NCBI RefSeq assembly: GCF_036321535.1 | Contig: NC_087436.1 | Coordinates: 25,546,001-25,610,000 of the forward strand | DNA from: Camelus dromedarius | Lineage: Eukaryota | Length of the DNA stretch: 64,000 nt | Reading direction: 5' to 3' | In this document: positions 36,250 through 49,909 of the stretch, one piece after another | How the letters are laid out: each line of letters begins with the position of its first letter | How positions within the stretch are numbered: the stretch's first letter is position 1 | Translations under genes and position numbers: made by a program | Notes under the pieces: generated by a model | Told to the model about the DNA's origin: nothing | Databases searched by the model: none | The model's input: the letters and a program-made list of their open reading frames with translations, nothing else

Positions 36250-37720
36250 TGGATGGCCTGTATAAACAGCACTGCAGCTCTAGGCTTGGATTATAAGAAA
36301 GATTCAGATATTCCGAGATTAAGGGAAAGAGTATTCCCGCAAGAGGGAATAGTATTCCATGCAAAGGAGAAAGCCTCTGCAATGTGCTAAGAGACAAACA
36401 AGAAACAGATGGAGTCTCAGTGTGGTTGGAGCACACAAAGAAAGGAGACTTGCACAGGGAGGTAAAGGTACCAGATCAGGATTCCATAAGCTAGAATTAA
36501 ATCTATTCTAAGAAAATGTAGAGATTCTAAGCATGATACAAATATTCTATGTGATGGTAAAAAGTTACTGGAATAAAGTACTTAAACTGGAGTAAAGTAC
36601 TCATGGCTACATAATCTGGCTTAAGTTTTTAAAAGAACACTTTGCTGCTAGGTAGAAATTTGAGTGAAGGGGACCATATTTTCAGAATACATATTGGGAG
36701 TTTTGTCACAGGATTTGCTAGTGGATGGGATGCTGTGGTGACAGAAAGAGAGGAATCGAGAACATTTCTTTGATGTTGGCTTGAGCATCTGGATATGTAA
36801 AGGTGGCGTCTACTGATGTAAATAAGAAAGCAGAAGGAGCAGGTTTTGGAAAGTATTTTGTTTGATCCTGTTAAATTTAAGATGGAATTTTTTCTCCCCC
36901 GTGAAGAGAATTAAATGGACCCCTTGGAAATGACTCTACAGACTTCAGTAATAGAGAAATAAATAAATTTTGGATTACACAGATATCATTTAAAGCCATG
37001 ACTCTTGATGAGATTTATTATCTGAGGGAAAAAAAATTATTTGAAGTAGAGAAAGGGGCTTAGAGCCTCTTATAATCTAGAGCCCTAGAGCACTTCAACT
37101 CTTTCATATCCAATAGAAATAGAAGAAATTAGCCATGAAGTTTGAGAAGGACAAGCCAAAATGGAAGGAAACTGCCCCCAGGAAAATAGGACTGAAGTCA
37201 AGAGAAGAAAATGTTCTAAGACTTGACAACTGTGTTGAACGCTGTTGAAAGATAAAGAAATATAAACTCAAACAAGTGATTGTTAAATTGGCAAAGCTGC
37301 TGTGATAATAGCTGTGTCCATGAAGTGTGGGATGTGGAGTCATTTTGAAATGATTTTAGAAGAAAAATGGAAGATGAAGAGGAAGTGAAGCTGTGATTGA
37401 AGGCAATTTTTTCAAGTGGTTTTACTGTGAAGGGGATTAGAGAAATGTAGCAGACGGGAAAAGTGAGATGAAAGGACAGTTTTACTACTTTTTTTTTTAA
37501 AAAATCAGAGATCTAATGCCTGTTTCTATGTTAACTGAACTGTTAGAGAGGGGAAAGATAAACCAATCGTGCAAGAAAAAGAGCAAAATCCTTGAGAAGG
37601 AAGAGCAGATGGCATCTAGGGCAGGAGAGGTGAACATTTAAGGATGTTACCTGCAGTTGTAACTGGAGGGAGGCAAAAACTACAGAAATGCAAATGAGCT
37701 GGTGATCTACTGGAGATAAG
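36250..37720 (-). mobile_element. L2 LINE, long diverged fragment
   Basis: GGGAATAGTATTCCATGCAAAGG, CAGGATTTGCTAGTGGATGGGATG, GGCTTGAGCATCTGG, TTTAAAGCCATGACTCTTGATGAGAT, GAAGTCAAGAGAAGAAAATGTT. Confidence 0.75.
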
Positions 37721-40199
37721 TGAGCGAGTTCATGTTCAATTGTTTTTATAACATCATTAAAATAGGAGCAAGGTTATCCACTCGGATAGTTGTGTGAGAA
37801 GCACAATGGAATTACTATCTCCAAACTGAAACTTTGACTATATACATAGTTTTTTAAATAAGAAGCTAAATCAAAATGCATTTTTCAGTATCACTTTAGC
37901 ATATGCCAACAATGAAAAATAAAGATTTATGACCCTTGAAATACACATCACTAACCATTAACAACTTTCACTCAGATGTAAGTCTGGACATATTGCTTCT
38001 ATTCACTTAATTCTAAAGTTTTCAACTTGGGGTCAAAATGTTCGCATACTGATGGTATGACACACGGAGTTAGGATCACCAGTAGAAATTATCTAAATCA
38101 TTGTGTTTTCTGTGTGCCATGTGTATCAACGTTTGCTCATATTTCTGGTGTATCCATAGCGTGTAAACACCCCCCACAGTGTGTGTGGGCAAGGAACGTG
38201 AAAAGTACAGCTTAATCCCTACTGCAGCCTGTATCAATCATGATCGTCAACTTGTATTTAACAAGTGCTAAGTGCTGTTAGGGGATACTTCTGTTCCTAC
38301 GCCCCCCAAACCATGACGTACACAACTGCTCAATCCTATTTGAGATAATGTTTTATTCTCCCCATAAAGCCTCTGGGACATTCCATTAACAGGAATACTA
38401 TAGATGCCTAAGTACGTAGGAAATAATTCCTGTGTATTCCATTTGCAGTTTAGTTGGCTAAGATGCCAACGCTGTGTAAAACACAAAACCATGCAGAGCT
38501 TCCAGATTTTGCTACTTAATATTTGTCTGAGTGAAAAATATGCACTCACCATTTTTCCTGGTTAAGGTGCGTTTTAAAATGAAAACGAACCTAGACAGCA
38601 GGTCGTGTTGTCTGGATTTGCCACTAGGGGATCTTTTAGCAGAAAGTAATTTGTTTTAATGAAAGCACACTATTGTACATGACATCTCATTTAGGGTTTT
38701 AAGGAGAAGGCTATTGTTTGGGAGAAAAAAAACTAGTCTGTTCATCTGTATGAGACTTGGTCATCTATATAATCAATTAATGATAAATGTATAAAGGGCT
38801 TCATTTTTTTCTTATAGATCAACAGGGAGTCATCCTCAATTTTAACGTGCAGACTGTGTTTCTAATGAATTAAGGATATCAGGTACACAGCATTATAATA
38901 CATATCTGACATTTATGGATCTTTACAAAATGTTCAATTAAATTTCTTCACATAAGGTTTATAATTTTGAAGTAGAAGACCTTAGGGAGAAAAGAATTAA
39001 TTAGATAAACTGAGGCCCTACAAAGATAAAATGTTTTACACCATGGTTAAAGACATCCTCTCTAAACTATCTCCTTAGCTCCATCATTGTCTCACCCTAC
39101 TTTCACTCCAAATATGCTCCTCTGTACTTTCTCCTCATCTTATGGAGACCAATCATCCTTACAGGAAATAAATAAAATCAAAACGAAAAATACAAACAAA
39201 TTGACCACCTAATCTTCAAGAAGCCATTGTAAATGCACACACGCTGCTTAGATGCCCTTTAATCCTTTCATAAGCATTTGTCACGGGTAAGCTCATTAAG
39301 TGAATGTGTGTACAGGTCATTATTGCTTTAGATCAGACTGTCTCCAATTATGAAGTGAGATGTTAGGAATTATTGATCTCTAAGGGTCCTTTGAGCTGCT
39401 AGCTTCTATCATTTGAATTAGATCCTCCAGTGGAGCCATAGAGCCCTAATAGGATGACACTCAGGCTAAAACAGAATTGACTGGGAGTGGGGGTGATGGT
39501 GGCAGTTCCACAGTTACAGCACCTGCCATGTTTTATTGCGGTTAGTCCATTCACTGAACACTGAGCATTCTGAGACCTGCCACTCATTCCTTTACACAGT
39601 CTTGCCTAGGACTACCACAAAACCTAGGGGATTCAAAAAACGCTTGTTGTGTTGGACTGGACTGTATTTGCACAACCCAAATTTCTCTAATTGGTAAGGT
39701 CAGGTTTGAGGTTAGAAGGCCCCAGGGGAGGGACACACCATAACAAATGATTTCATTACCCCCCTGAAATGTTGCTTTCCTCATCTAGCTCTGAGACCAT
39801 GTTAGTCTAGCTACAGAACCGACAACATCTTTTGAACTTTCCATGTAGATGGGTTTAGCCTTGCACAGAAGCTTGAAATGAGTTTAAAATATAGACTTAC
39901 AATTCTTAGAAAGGCTATTTAAAGTCAAGTAAAGAAAATGTTGCTGGGGAGTGGAATAGGAGAGGTAGTAAGGTGAGGGAAGACCATCACTTTCTCTGCA
40001 TATTTCCCCTGTGTTGCTTTTTTTTCCCCCAACAAGTTCTCTTTTTCACAAATGTGTTTCTGTAAACTGTCTCCTTAGATCAATGATTGAGATAGTTTAG
40101 AGAGGATGTCTCTCACACCTTTCTTAATACCCTCATACTCTCAGGTAGTTAGAGGTCCTCTTCTGCAACCCTTCTTACCTGTATTTAATGGAGGTGCAA

Positions 40200-40397
40200 C
40201 CAGCCCACCTTTTTATCCTAGGGAGTACTTGGAAACATGGTGTATATGTTGAGAAGGGGCATTTTTTTTGTCCTTGAATGACTATGGAACACTGCTGCTA
40301 TTCAGAATGTCAAATATCCTGAAATGCATGGGACAATCCCACAAAATAAAGAACTGGTGTGGCCTAAGGCCAATCAGCAGTATGTTTAGAAACAGTG
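40200..40397. mobile_element. MER20-like hAT MITE
   Basis: AAATATCCTGAAATGCATGGGACAATCCCACAAAATAAAGAACTG...TTTAGAAACAGTG. Confidence 0.6.
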
Positions 40398-40709
40398 TGT
40401 TTTTCTAGTACAGTTGATGACTCTCAATGATAAATAATCTTCTGTAAAGATCCAAGATTATGATTCAGGTGAATACTCCTCTTTGAATAAACCTTAGGAA
40501 TATCAGTTACATTGAAATCCAACAGTATTTTTTCCTGTGTATAAAGCATGCATCTTTATATCATGGATATTTTGTATAGTTAAAAACAAGTTTTATTGTC
40601 AGAGAATAAGAAATCAAGATATTAATTCAAGGATCAGTTTATAAAAGTGATAGGCATTTTCCCGTGCTTCCAAATTCTTGATCTTTGTGTTTCACTCAAG
40701 ATAACAATA

Positions 40710-41556
40710 GTGCTAATGATCACAGAAATGCAGATCAAAACTACAATGAGGTATCACCTCAAACCAGTCAGAGTGGCCGTCATTCAAATGTCCACAAATG
40801 ATAAATGCTGGAGAAGATGTGGAGAAAAGGGAATCCTCCTACACTGCTGGTGGGAATGCAGTTTGGTGCAGCCATTATGGAAAATAGCATGGAGATCCCT
40901 CAAAAAAGTGAAAACAGACTGACCATATGATCCAGCAATCCCACTCCTGGGCATATATCTGGAGGGAACTCTAATTCAAAAAGATACATGCATAGCAGCA
41001 CTATATACAACAGCCAAGACATGGAAGTAACCTAAATATCTATGGACAGATAACTGGATAAAGAAGTTGTGGTATATTTATACAACGGAATACTACCTAG
41101 CCATAAAAAAGAATAAAATAATGTCATTTGCAGCAACATGGATGGACCTAAAACCATCATTCTAAGTGAAGTAAGCCATAAAGAGAAAGAAAAATACCAT
41201 ATGATATCACTCATATGTGGAATCTAAAAAAAGAAAAAGAAGCAGACACTAATAAACTCACCTCCAGAACAGAAACAGACTCACAGAAATAGTAAACAAT
41301 CATAGTTAACAGGGAAAGAGGGTGGGAAGGGACAAATTTGGGAGTTCAAGATTTGCAAATGTTAACCACTAACAGAAAATGGATAAAAAACAAATTTGTT
41401 CTGTCCAGGAAACTATATTCAACATCTTGTAATAACCTTTAATAAAAAAGAATATGAAAATGAATATATGTATATAGATGCATGACTAGGACATTGTGCT
41501 GTACAACAGAAACTGACACATTGTAACTGACTATACTTCAATTAAAAAAAAAAAAA
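40710..41556 (+). mobile_element. 5'-truncated L1 (ORF2 C-terminus + 3' UTR + poly(A))
   Basis: ORF 40647-40922 contains [12 protein letters not shown]...[19 protein letters not shown] (ORF2p cysteine-rich domain); 3' UTR ends CTATACTTCAATT followed by a poly(A) run. Confidence 0.95.
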
Positions 41557-43049
41557 CATAACTCACCTGTTCTAACCTACTACCTGTCAGAAGTTACAAC
41601 CTCCTCAGGTAGCATTTCCATTTAGCACTCGTAACTCTAGTTTCTCTTATGCCCGCCTTGGGGCCTCTAGTTTGTGGTCTTTTGGGGAATATGCAAACTG
41701 CTCTGGGGCAACTGACATATTCTCAGCCGTGTACTCACTTTCCTGACAGAAAGTAAGAAGAATGGCTTGGAAGGGAGAACGGGGGCCTCAACAGGGAGCA
41801 CAAGAGAAAGATGTTTAGTTCTTTTTTCATTACTATTTACAATTTATTTTCTGAAACAGCAGGACCACTGCTCTAACATTAAATATTATGCTTAATATCC
41901 TTTGGATGGTTTCTCCTTGGTCAGTTCAAAGATCTAATTTTCATGTTCTCCTTCCTGGTCCAATTCCATTCACATTTGTAGTTAGGCCATCAATACGCCT
42001 GGTCATCTTTTTTTGCTATAGTCATTACAACTGTAATTTGGCATTTAGCACGGCTTCATAGCTACAGTCTCTCCAATCTCTTCATGTAGTAAATATGGGA
42101 AATTAATAAAGTGATACCTTCTCATTTTCTCTCACGATTTCAGGATGAAACAGGCTAACTTCAGGCAAATTCTGGTTTCACTGAGTTCACTAAAATAAAG
42201 ACTCTTTTTCCCTTGTCTAATTTGTGTTGTGCCAAATAACTGGGTAGACGAAGACTTTTATTTTCATTCCATTTGTTTGGCTGTGCAGTAGTTCAGTTAT
42301 AGTGTACATCTGTGGTTGAAAATACGTTTGCTTTTATGTTACAGTTTCTCTAAAATTGTGTTGAAAACCATTCTTTACTCAAAGCACCACAATATGTATT
42401 CTTTGGTTCTTCCAGGGGGACAAATATTTCATTGATTTTTGAGAGGGATTTTATGTATGCCTCTATCTATCTATCAGTGAACTTAAATTTAATAAACCTC
42501 ACTTGAAAGTATATTTTATAAACACAGACAAGTATAAAAATTAGGAATAAACTAAATAAAATAAAGTTTTATTATTTATAAAACCCTGTAAGATGAAGAC
42601 ATCATATATGTGATCATAGTGAACTGAAGCTGTACATTTTTATAATATAATTGATCTGACACTTGGCCCCTCAGTACTTATAAATTTAGGATTTATCCCA
42701 TATAGTTTTACATTGGTTAAAGATTGTCTCTTCTCTAACCTCACCATCTTGAAAATCCCCAACAATCTACCATTTTCTATTTAGTGTCCTTAATTCTGAG
42801 GCAAATGTTTAATGAAGAATTGAATGGTGAATGAATGAACTACGGATCAGGAGAACAACTAGAGGATGAAAAGTCGTTGATTAGCTAGTAAGGACTTGGA
42901 GAAAGACACTCAATTCATTTTAGAGGCTTACAAGGATACCTAGAAAAAGTTAAAGGGTCTGAATTTTGCAAAAGTAAAATCCAGTGCCATGAGTGGAGTT
43001 CTGAATTTGTGGCTGTGAGAACTCTTTAGACAAAGCCAGACACCTCGGA

Positions 43050-43228
43050 GTAATGCTGTTCAGTGGGCCTTCTAGTTATGTTGAAAATATTCTACATCTA
43101 TGCTACCAGGTATGTGGCTATTTAGCACTTGAAACGGGGCTAGTGTGACTGGGGAACAAATTTTGAATGTTATCTAAATCTAATTTTAATTTAAATAGAC
43201 ACATATATTTGTCAGTACAGCCCTAGAG
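43050..43228. mobile_element. MER3-like hAT-Charlie MITE
   Basis: ATGTGGCTATTTAGCACTTGAAACGGGGCTAGTGTGACTGGGGAAC...AATTTAAATAG. Confidence 0.75.
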
Positions 43229-43749
43229 AGTTCTTTGTAATGGAAAACAGATATGGAAGGAGCAACAATCCAACTGGAAGTAACCAAGACTGGAAGTAGG
43301 CAGAAGTAACCCTCCTTTGTTTCTCATTATTGCTGGTCATACACTCCTTCCATCCACACAAATACCACACGTCATGTGCAATGTCAACAGAAAGCAACTA
43401 TTATATATGCAACGACTTAGAAATTATGCCAACCATGAATATTTCCTGCAAAAGGTGCAGCTGAGAGATAAGTCAGGCAAATAAGCATAGACATAAAAGG
43501 TTCCCTGCTACCGATGAAGCACGAAACATAGCTTTGTCTAAACAATGGCTTCATATAGTGATGAAACAATATATAAATGCCAAATGTGCTTGCTTTATAT
43601 TTGTAACAAGTAGAAAAGAAGACTGTAAATGTTTAAATGGTAAGTGGTACATTTTAGATACATTATAGTACGTAAAATGAGGGTATCTTAGTTTCTAAAA
43701 TTATTCTAGCATGGAACTCAGTTCTAGGCATATAAAGGGAACTTAATTC

Positions 43750-43790
43750 ATATATATATGTATATATATATATATACATATATATATAAT
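43750..43790. repeat. (TA)n microsatellite
   Basis: Direct reading. Confidence 0.95.
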
Positions 43791-43859
43791 AAAACATATG
43801 ATATTCTTTTGAAGTGTTTTATGATGTATTTTAAAAATTGATTCTTGTAACATTGTAAG

Positions 43860-44005
43860 TTAAGTAAGGGTGGCATTATTATTATCAATTTTTTCAGTAA
43901 TAAACAATACAAAAATGTTATAGACCTAACCCAATATCATATTGTTAATAAGTGAGTGGAGCCAGGACTTGAAATAGGTTCTTGGGAAATGATGGCAGTG
44001 TTCTT
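43860..44005 (-). mobile_element. MIR fragment
   Basis: AATAAGTGAGTGGAGCCAGGACTTGAAATAGG. Confidence 0.5.
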
Positions 44006-45339
44006 TCTACTTTATATTCCTGGTCCTCTATTGATGATGATAATGGTTATGATAACTATACAGAGAAAATAACGTGTTGATGATTATCATTGTTTATAAG
44101 GACCACGCATAGTCCTTATAAAGAGATTTATACACACCACATTATCGTAAATTGCAGTACCTTCTTCACTGATTGTACAGTATTTCATTTGCCATATGTG
44201 CTGTTTGAAATTACAGTCCTCTTTTTATGTTTTATGTCATATTCAATTAAGTTTTTGAAGTCCTATTATATTTTTCCTTCATCCAATGCTATTTCCTCAT
44301 ATATTCTGGTTTGCAATATTTTCTTCCTTCCTACTTTATCATACTGATTTCGGGCTATGATCTTAATAATCAGAGATAAAAAATAAAAAATTGTAAGTGC
44401 AATTCAGTTTTACACCATTTGTTAGAGGGTTCAAAATATAGAATCTGGCAAATATTTTTGTAATCAACTCCAATTTGTGAGTTAAATTTTAAATGTATTC
44501 TGTTTTTTTAAACAAATATGACTTAAACAAATCAATTATTAATGGGAATTTTAAAAAATACCCAAAGCACATAATTCTCATGCTATTACACAGATAATTA
44601 TCTTTGTGATGAAGCTTTGTATCTTTACCAGTTACTCTTGATAAGATTTAACATTGTTTTGCATTAAATCTATTCTGACACAGGGTACTAATATTAATGT
44701 AATTAGTAAATTGAATTGATATAATTAAGGAACAGAGATTAAGTATTTTGTCATTGCACTTAATACAATAATTTTCCCCATAAGAGTTTCCCTGATTTAA
44801 CAATTTTTTAGAGTCTGAGTAGTTTTAAATAATGGTTTATTTCCTAAAATGTCTAATAAAATACAATCATTAAACAAGTATATTTGTTGAGAATTTGGAA
44901 AGTAAGTGTTCTAATTAGGTTTCATGTAGGGGTTTGTTGAGTAATTCATGTAATTATCAAATAATGAGAGGAAACACCAACATAATAGTCTCATTATTTG
45001 ATAATTTTGTTTAAAAATATTATCTTGAAAATACATGCATGTAGGATCAATCTTCAAGGGTTTATAAATCATTGAAACAATATTAATAAAAACAGGGGAA
45101 CATCACGGAAGTAAAGAAAATTACTAAGAATGAAAGGTCAGGCTTATACTAAGTTTAATATGGTTAAACAAATAATTCTTTCCCACTCACATCCAAAAAG
45201 GGAAATATTAAAAACTGAAAAAGAAGTGAGGGAAAGTTCAGTTTCATGAAGTTGGTAGACTGAGCTACTTTCTACTTTCTCAGTACAAATATATCTGTGC
45301 TTCCACAGATTACAAAATGATTAAATATAAAGCTGTATG

Positions 45340-46240
45340 TATAAAATAAAGGAGTTCCCCAGTGCCACAAATAAGGAGGGGAGTCACAGGGAGAGAAGGC
45401 AGTGCAGGAATCCATGGGGAGGATGGACCAGACACTGACCCTTACAGACAGAGCCAGAGCTTCAGTTGCCAACACAAGGACTTACAGAACAGACCATGAG
45501 CCCATAAAAGGTGAGCCTCTGGGACTGAAATCCTCATACAGATCCAGGATGCTGGAAGAAGTACCCAAAGATGTGAATAAAGGACAAGAGAACCTTTCTC
45601 CCTGGCTCAGGGCATTGACCGGGAAGTTTGTCTCCACTTTTCAGGCTGGAGACAGAACTAAAAACACAAGTCTGAACTACATAATATTGAGGCTCAGAAT
45701 GTACAGTATCTTGAGGGACTCTCAAGCCTTAAGAGTAACACGACCAAGGAGACTAAATCAAGCCCATCTGGGGACCAACTCTGATGAGATACCCTGTAGA
45801 AGCAAATGTAAGCTGGTTTTCTCTTCAAGGAAAACGTCTCTTCTCAGTTTTCATAGTAATCCCAAAGGAAATCAGAAGGAAACAACTAATTCTTGTCAGG
45901 TCTGATAGGCCCCTTACCTCCCAAACACACATTTATACAAAAACTAGTTGCTAATGAGCTAAAAGAAACAGTAAGAAAAAATGGAATCCATTTACTCTAA
46001 AGAAAGTCAGTGGCAAACAAAATAAATAGAAGGACTGGTACCCATCCTAAGAACTTGAGATGATGGAACAACTTGAAAGGGACTGTAAACTATATGTTTT
46101 TAAATGGTCGAAGATATGAAAGAAGAAATACAAAATATAATAAAAATTAAACCCATTATGGAAAAAAACACGAAAAGATTTGGAAGAGTATCTAATGGAA
46201 TGTCTGGAAATAAGATATGTAGTCACTGAAATTAAGAACT
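45340..46240 (+). mobile_element. Old L1 5' end / ORF1 start (L1M-type)
   Basis: A-rich ORF1-like 45960-46240 (GAACTTGAGATGATGGAA...TTTAAATGGTCGAAGATATGAAAGAAG...TCTGGAAATAAG...TCACTGAAATTAAGAACT); upstream boundary uncertain. Confidence 0.55.
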
Positions 46241-46743
46241 TAGTGTGCGCTCTGAATAACTTGGTTTAGGCTGAAATAGATATAAAGAATGGAACATACT
46301 AATATGCCAAAGTCTAACGATAAACACCTGTTCCCTATGAACCTGCACTCTGGGAGTAAGACCATGTTTCCCTGAGGGCTTCCGCCTTACATCCACAGGG
46401 ATCCAGAAGAGACTCAAGCTAAGCAGAGTATATTTTCCAGATGTCCTCAACTTCATCAATCATCTTCAAGAGGGAGTCATGTTTTCTCTAAGCAATCCTG
46501 CCAGACAGAGATCAGCACTTGGCACCATGCACTGGGATAAAAACCAGGCTTCCTCAATTTAAGCAGCACAGATTAAAGGGGAACCTTTTAATAAATCTGC
46601 TGTACCCTCAGCACAGATTAAGAGTGGACTTTGCATTCTCGGACCAAGACCACTCCTCCTAAGACCATTTACTCCTATCGCCAGGGGCTTAGAGGGGACG
46701 ATGTATTCAGAAAAAATAATCTGACTTTCCCAGATTTCTAATC

Positions 46744-46872
46744 TAGGATGAGCATGGGTCCCAGCTTTCCTGAGGCAGTCTCAGTTTAGGCTTGTTATCC
46801 AGGAATTATGAACAGTGCCTTCTTCATCCCCAGAGTATCCTGAAATGGGCAATGTATTATCTGATTACCCTC
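46744..46872. mobile_element. MER94-like hAT-Blackjack MITE
   Basis: TAGGATGAGCAT...GTCCCAGCTTTCCTGAGGCAGTCTCAGTTTAGGCTTGTTATCC...ATTACCCT, degenerate TAGGGTGACCA-type termini. Confidence 0.65.
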
Positions 46873-47169
46873 CCTAAACTTCATCAATATATCCTTTGAG
46901 TAAGTTGGTTTCTCCCCTTAAAGGAGACAGGAGTGACTCAGTTTATACCTTATCTTCTGGACTTTACCCATGTAGGGATTGGCATCTTCTCTATCTTGTC
47001 TTCTTCTTCACCTTCTCCCCATCTACCACATCCTCTGGAGTTCATGGACCATTATTAACATAATTCCTTAAATCCTTCGCTACTTCTCTGAAACTCTCTG
47101 AAAGCATGACTGTCTGCTGAGAACACTGCTCGTTTTACACCCTGCTCAAGTGGTGGCTACTCTACACTT

Positions 47170-48480
47170 CCACCTGCCAAATAGAAAACTCAAACTAACA
47201 CATCCGAAGATGAATTTCTGACCTTCCTCTGCAATTTATCCTCCTACAGTTTTTCCCTTCTAATGCTCAGTCCAAAACTTTGAGATGTCTTTCTCACCAA
47301 TTGCTCTCTTATACTCTATTCAGTATGTTGACAAGTCATTTTGACACAATCTTCAAACACATTCAGAATCAGAGTATTTCTTGCCACCCTCTCCTATACC
47401 ACTCTGGGACCAGCCATAAGCTATTTGTCAGCTTTCTGCCATGTCTCTCTAGCGTGTCTCCCTTCTTTTATTCTTGCCCTGTTTAGTATACTCACAACAT
47501 AGCAGCCAGAGTGATCCTGCCATAAGTTAAACCATGTCACTTTTCAACCCCCAAACCTGAAAATACTCATTTCACTGAGAATAATTGCTGATTTCCTTAA
47601 AAATCCCACATAACCCTGCCATTTACTTCTTGACTTATCTTCCATTTCTCTGCTATTTCCTGATTCAACTCTGGGCACATGGACAAACTTCCTCAAACTC
47701 TTTAAATGGCTATTACCTCTGCTTGTAGTGCTCTGCCTTGGATATTCAAATAACCAACTCCCTGTCTGTCCTTGGTCAATTGTTCCTCAGTCAGTGAGGT
47801 TTATCCTGTTGACACTATTAAAAATAGCACTTCAAGGGTATTCTTAATCTGTCTTATCTTGCATGATAAACACTTGTGGTGAGGACCTATAAAGGTGTTC
47901 AGGTCCTAATCCATAGAACCTCTGAATGTTATTGTATATGACCAAAGGAACTTTTCAGATGTGATTACAGAGACTGAGATGAGGATATTATCATGTATTA
48001 CTTATGTGGACCAGGCTGTAAATGCAATCACATGTGGACTTATAAGAGGGAGATGGATATTTGAATACAGAAGAGGAGGAGGAGATGTGATGACAAAAGA
48101 AAGAGACTGGTGTGATATGAGGAAGGGGTCATAAGTCAGAGGCCACAGGGGACCTCTGAAAGCCAGACGAGGCAAGGAAACAGACTCTCCGCTAGAGTTC
48201 TGCTGACACTTTGACTTTAACCTAGTGAAACTGATTTCAGACATCCATCCCCCAGGACTGCAAGAAAACAAACATGCATTGTTTTGAGCCACCAAATTTG
48301 TGTTAAATCGTTACAGTAGCCATAGGTAACTAATACACAATCTAAGATATAATTTATTTTTTTTTTTCATTGTTGTTTCCTTTTCTCCACCTGAAAGTTC
48401 CAAGAGGGCGTTTTGTTTGCTAGTATAGCCCTATTTGTCAGAAAGTGATGGACGCAAAACAGCTGCTCAATAAATGTTGA
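47170..48480 (+). mobile_element. L2 LINE interrupted by an MLT1 LTR
   Basis: CTCAAACTAACACATCC, ACAACATAGCAGCCAGAGTGATCCT, and 3' end GCTCAATAAATGTTGAA at ~48465. Confidence 0.75.
47876..48337 (+). mobile_element. MaLR solo LTR, MLT1C/D-like
   Basis: GTCCTAATCCATAGAACCTCTGAATGTTA...CAGATGTGATTA...GAGGCAAGGAAACAGACTCTCC...TTGTTTTGAGCCACCAAATTTGTG...AGGTAACTAATACA. Confidence 0.9.
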
Positions 48481-49644
48481 AGAAATTTGTTCAAATTTCC
48501 GTGATTAAAACTGTGAGATATCCCTAACTTTACCTTATATATAGGATGCCCGACCATGTATTTCTACAACGTCACGTTTGTTGTTTAACTGCACTTACTC
48601 CTGCAGCACTGAACAGAGTTGCCTCCTTAAGTCTAGTTACTTTGCAAATCAAGCTAAAGACTTAAAAATTTTTGACACATCTTGACATTAAATTATTTTA
48701 AATTTAAACACGTTTCTTTCAATTGGCCTCATACTTCAATTTTTCTATTTCTCAATTATTTTAATAAAATAAGTTTCTATGATTATACCTTACCAGGAGG
48801 CCAATGCAACATAATAAAGGAAGGTTCCTCTGGTTGAAACCAGGTAGGGGCACTTGAGTTCATCTAGCTACTCCCTCATGACATCCATTAGACTTTCAAT
48901 TGTGATCTCAGGCATTTAAGACTCTAATGCCCTGTGGGAGCACTTTTAAATTCCCTGCAACAAATATTAATGATTGCTTGTATATTTTTCTGCAAATATG
49001 ATAATGCTATTTCACATGGACCCTTGACTGGAAGAAGATGACATCTAAGAAAACAGAGAGAGCTTACAGTTTAGAGTATCACAGTGTAATGTTAATTACA
49101 CTGAAATTCAAATTGCATAACTAAAGACTACCTGTATTAATTTGGAAAGATATCCTTTCTACAGAGTCCTTAATAAAATGTACACAACTGTTTGGCATAA
49201 GCAATGCAATAGAGAGACATGGCCCTGAAGTTTTAGTGGAGATCTTTGGAATAATTAATTTTGTAATTTCAAGTACATTATTTTTCTGAAGTCTTTATTT
49301 CGAATCTGTGGATAGAAACAGATTAAGTTATTTGGATTTGAGGGTTCAAATGATTTATATGAATTCTTTGATGTCTTTCTCATTGACTTCATCTCTTCAG
49401 AAGTACACAGAATTTATTAGTATTTTTATTTTCCCAGACTCTTTTCTAGTGGTCAACCCAAACTTTCTTTCTTTGAACCTGCTGCTAAACATCACAGCCT
49501 AAATCAGCATATAGAATATCCCATTTCTCTCACTTCTGTGACCTCATTGTCTATTCTGAAGAAAATATGGTACATTTAACGAGGGAAAATTTTAATAATG
49601 CAGCAACATGGACTATATAACATCATAAATTGCTGATTTCCATT

Positions 49645-49770
49645 TTATAGTGGAAAGAACACATTTTGAGACTGTGCAGCCCTGTTTCTAATTCTAGCTG
49701 TACCTCTCATTAGTTACTTAGTCTCAAAAACAGTGTCTAAACTTCTCTAATCTCTAGTTTAACATCTTTC
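49645..49770 (+). mobile_element. MIR fragment
   Basis: TAGTGGAAAGAACACATTTTGAG...CCTGTTTCTAATTCTAGCTGTACC. Confidence 0.6.
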
Positions 49771-49888
49771 CTACAAAACCATTCGCTTCCTGAGACCACA
49801 AGTTATACTTTTTTTAAAAATTAGTGCCATAGTTATTTCCCTCCACCACATACACAGACATCAACCACACACAAGTGAGTATGTGCGA

Positions 49889-49909
49889 GATGGATGGATG
49901 GATGGATGG
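49889..49909. repeat. (GATG)n microsatellite
   Basis: Direct reading. Confidence 0.9.

Noticed and set aside
45402..45905. 167-aa ORF
   Set aside because: GTG start, lies in a probable old L1 5' region, no recognisable homology
46564..46622. CAGCACAGATTAA direct repeat, and similar 10-17 bp duplications near 20745, 36567, 54865 and 56220, as a spaced-repeat or CRISPR-like array
   Set aside because: Only two copies each; ordinary slippage-type micro-duplications in mammalian DNA
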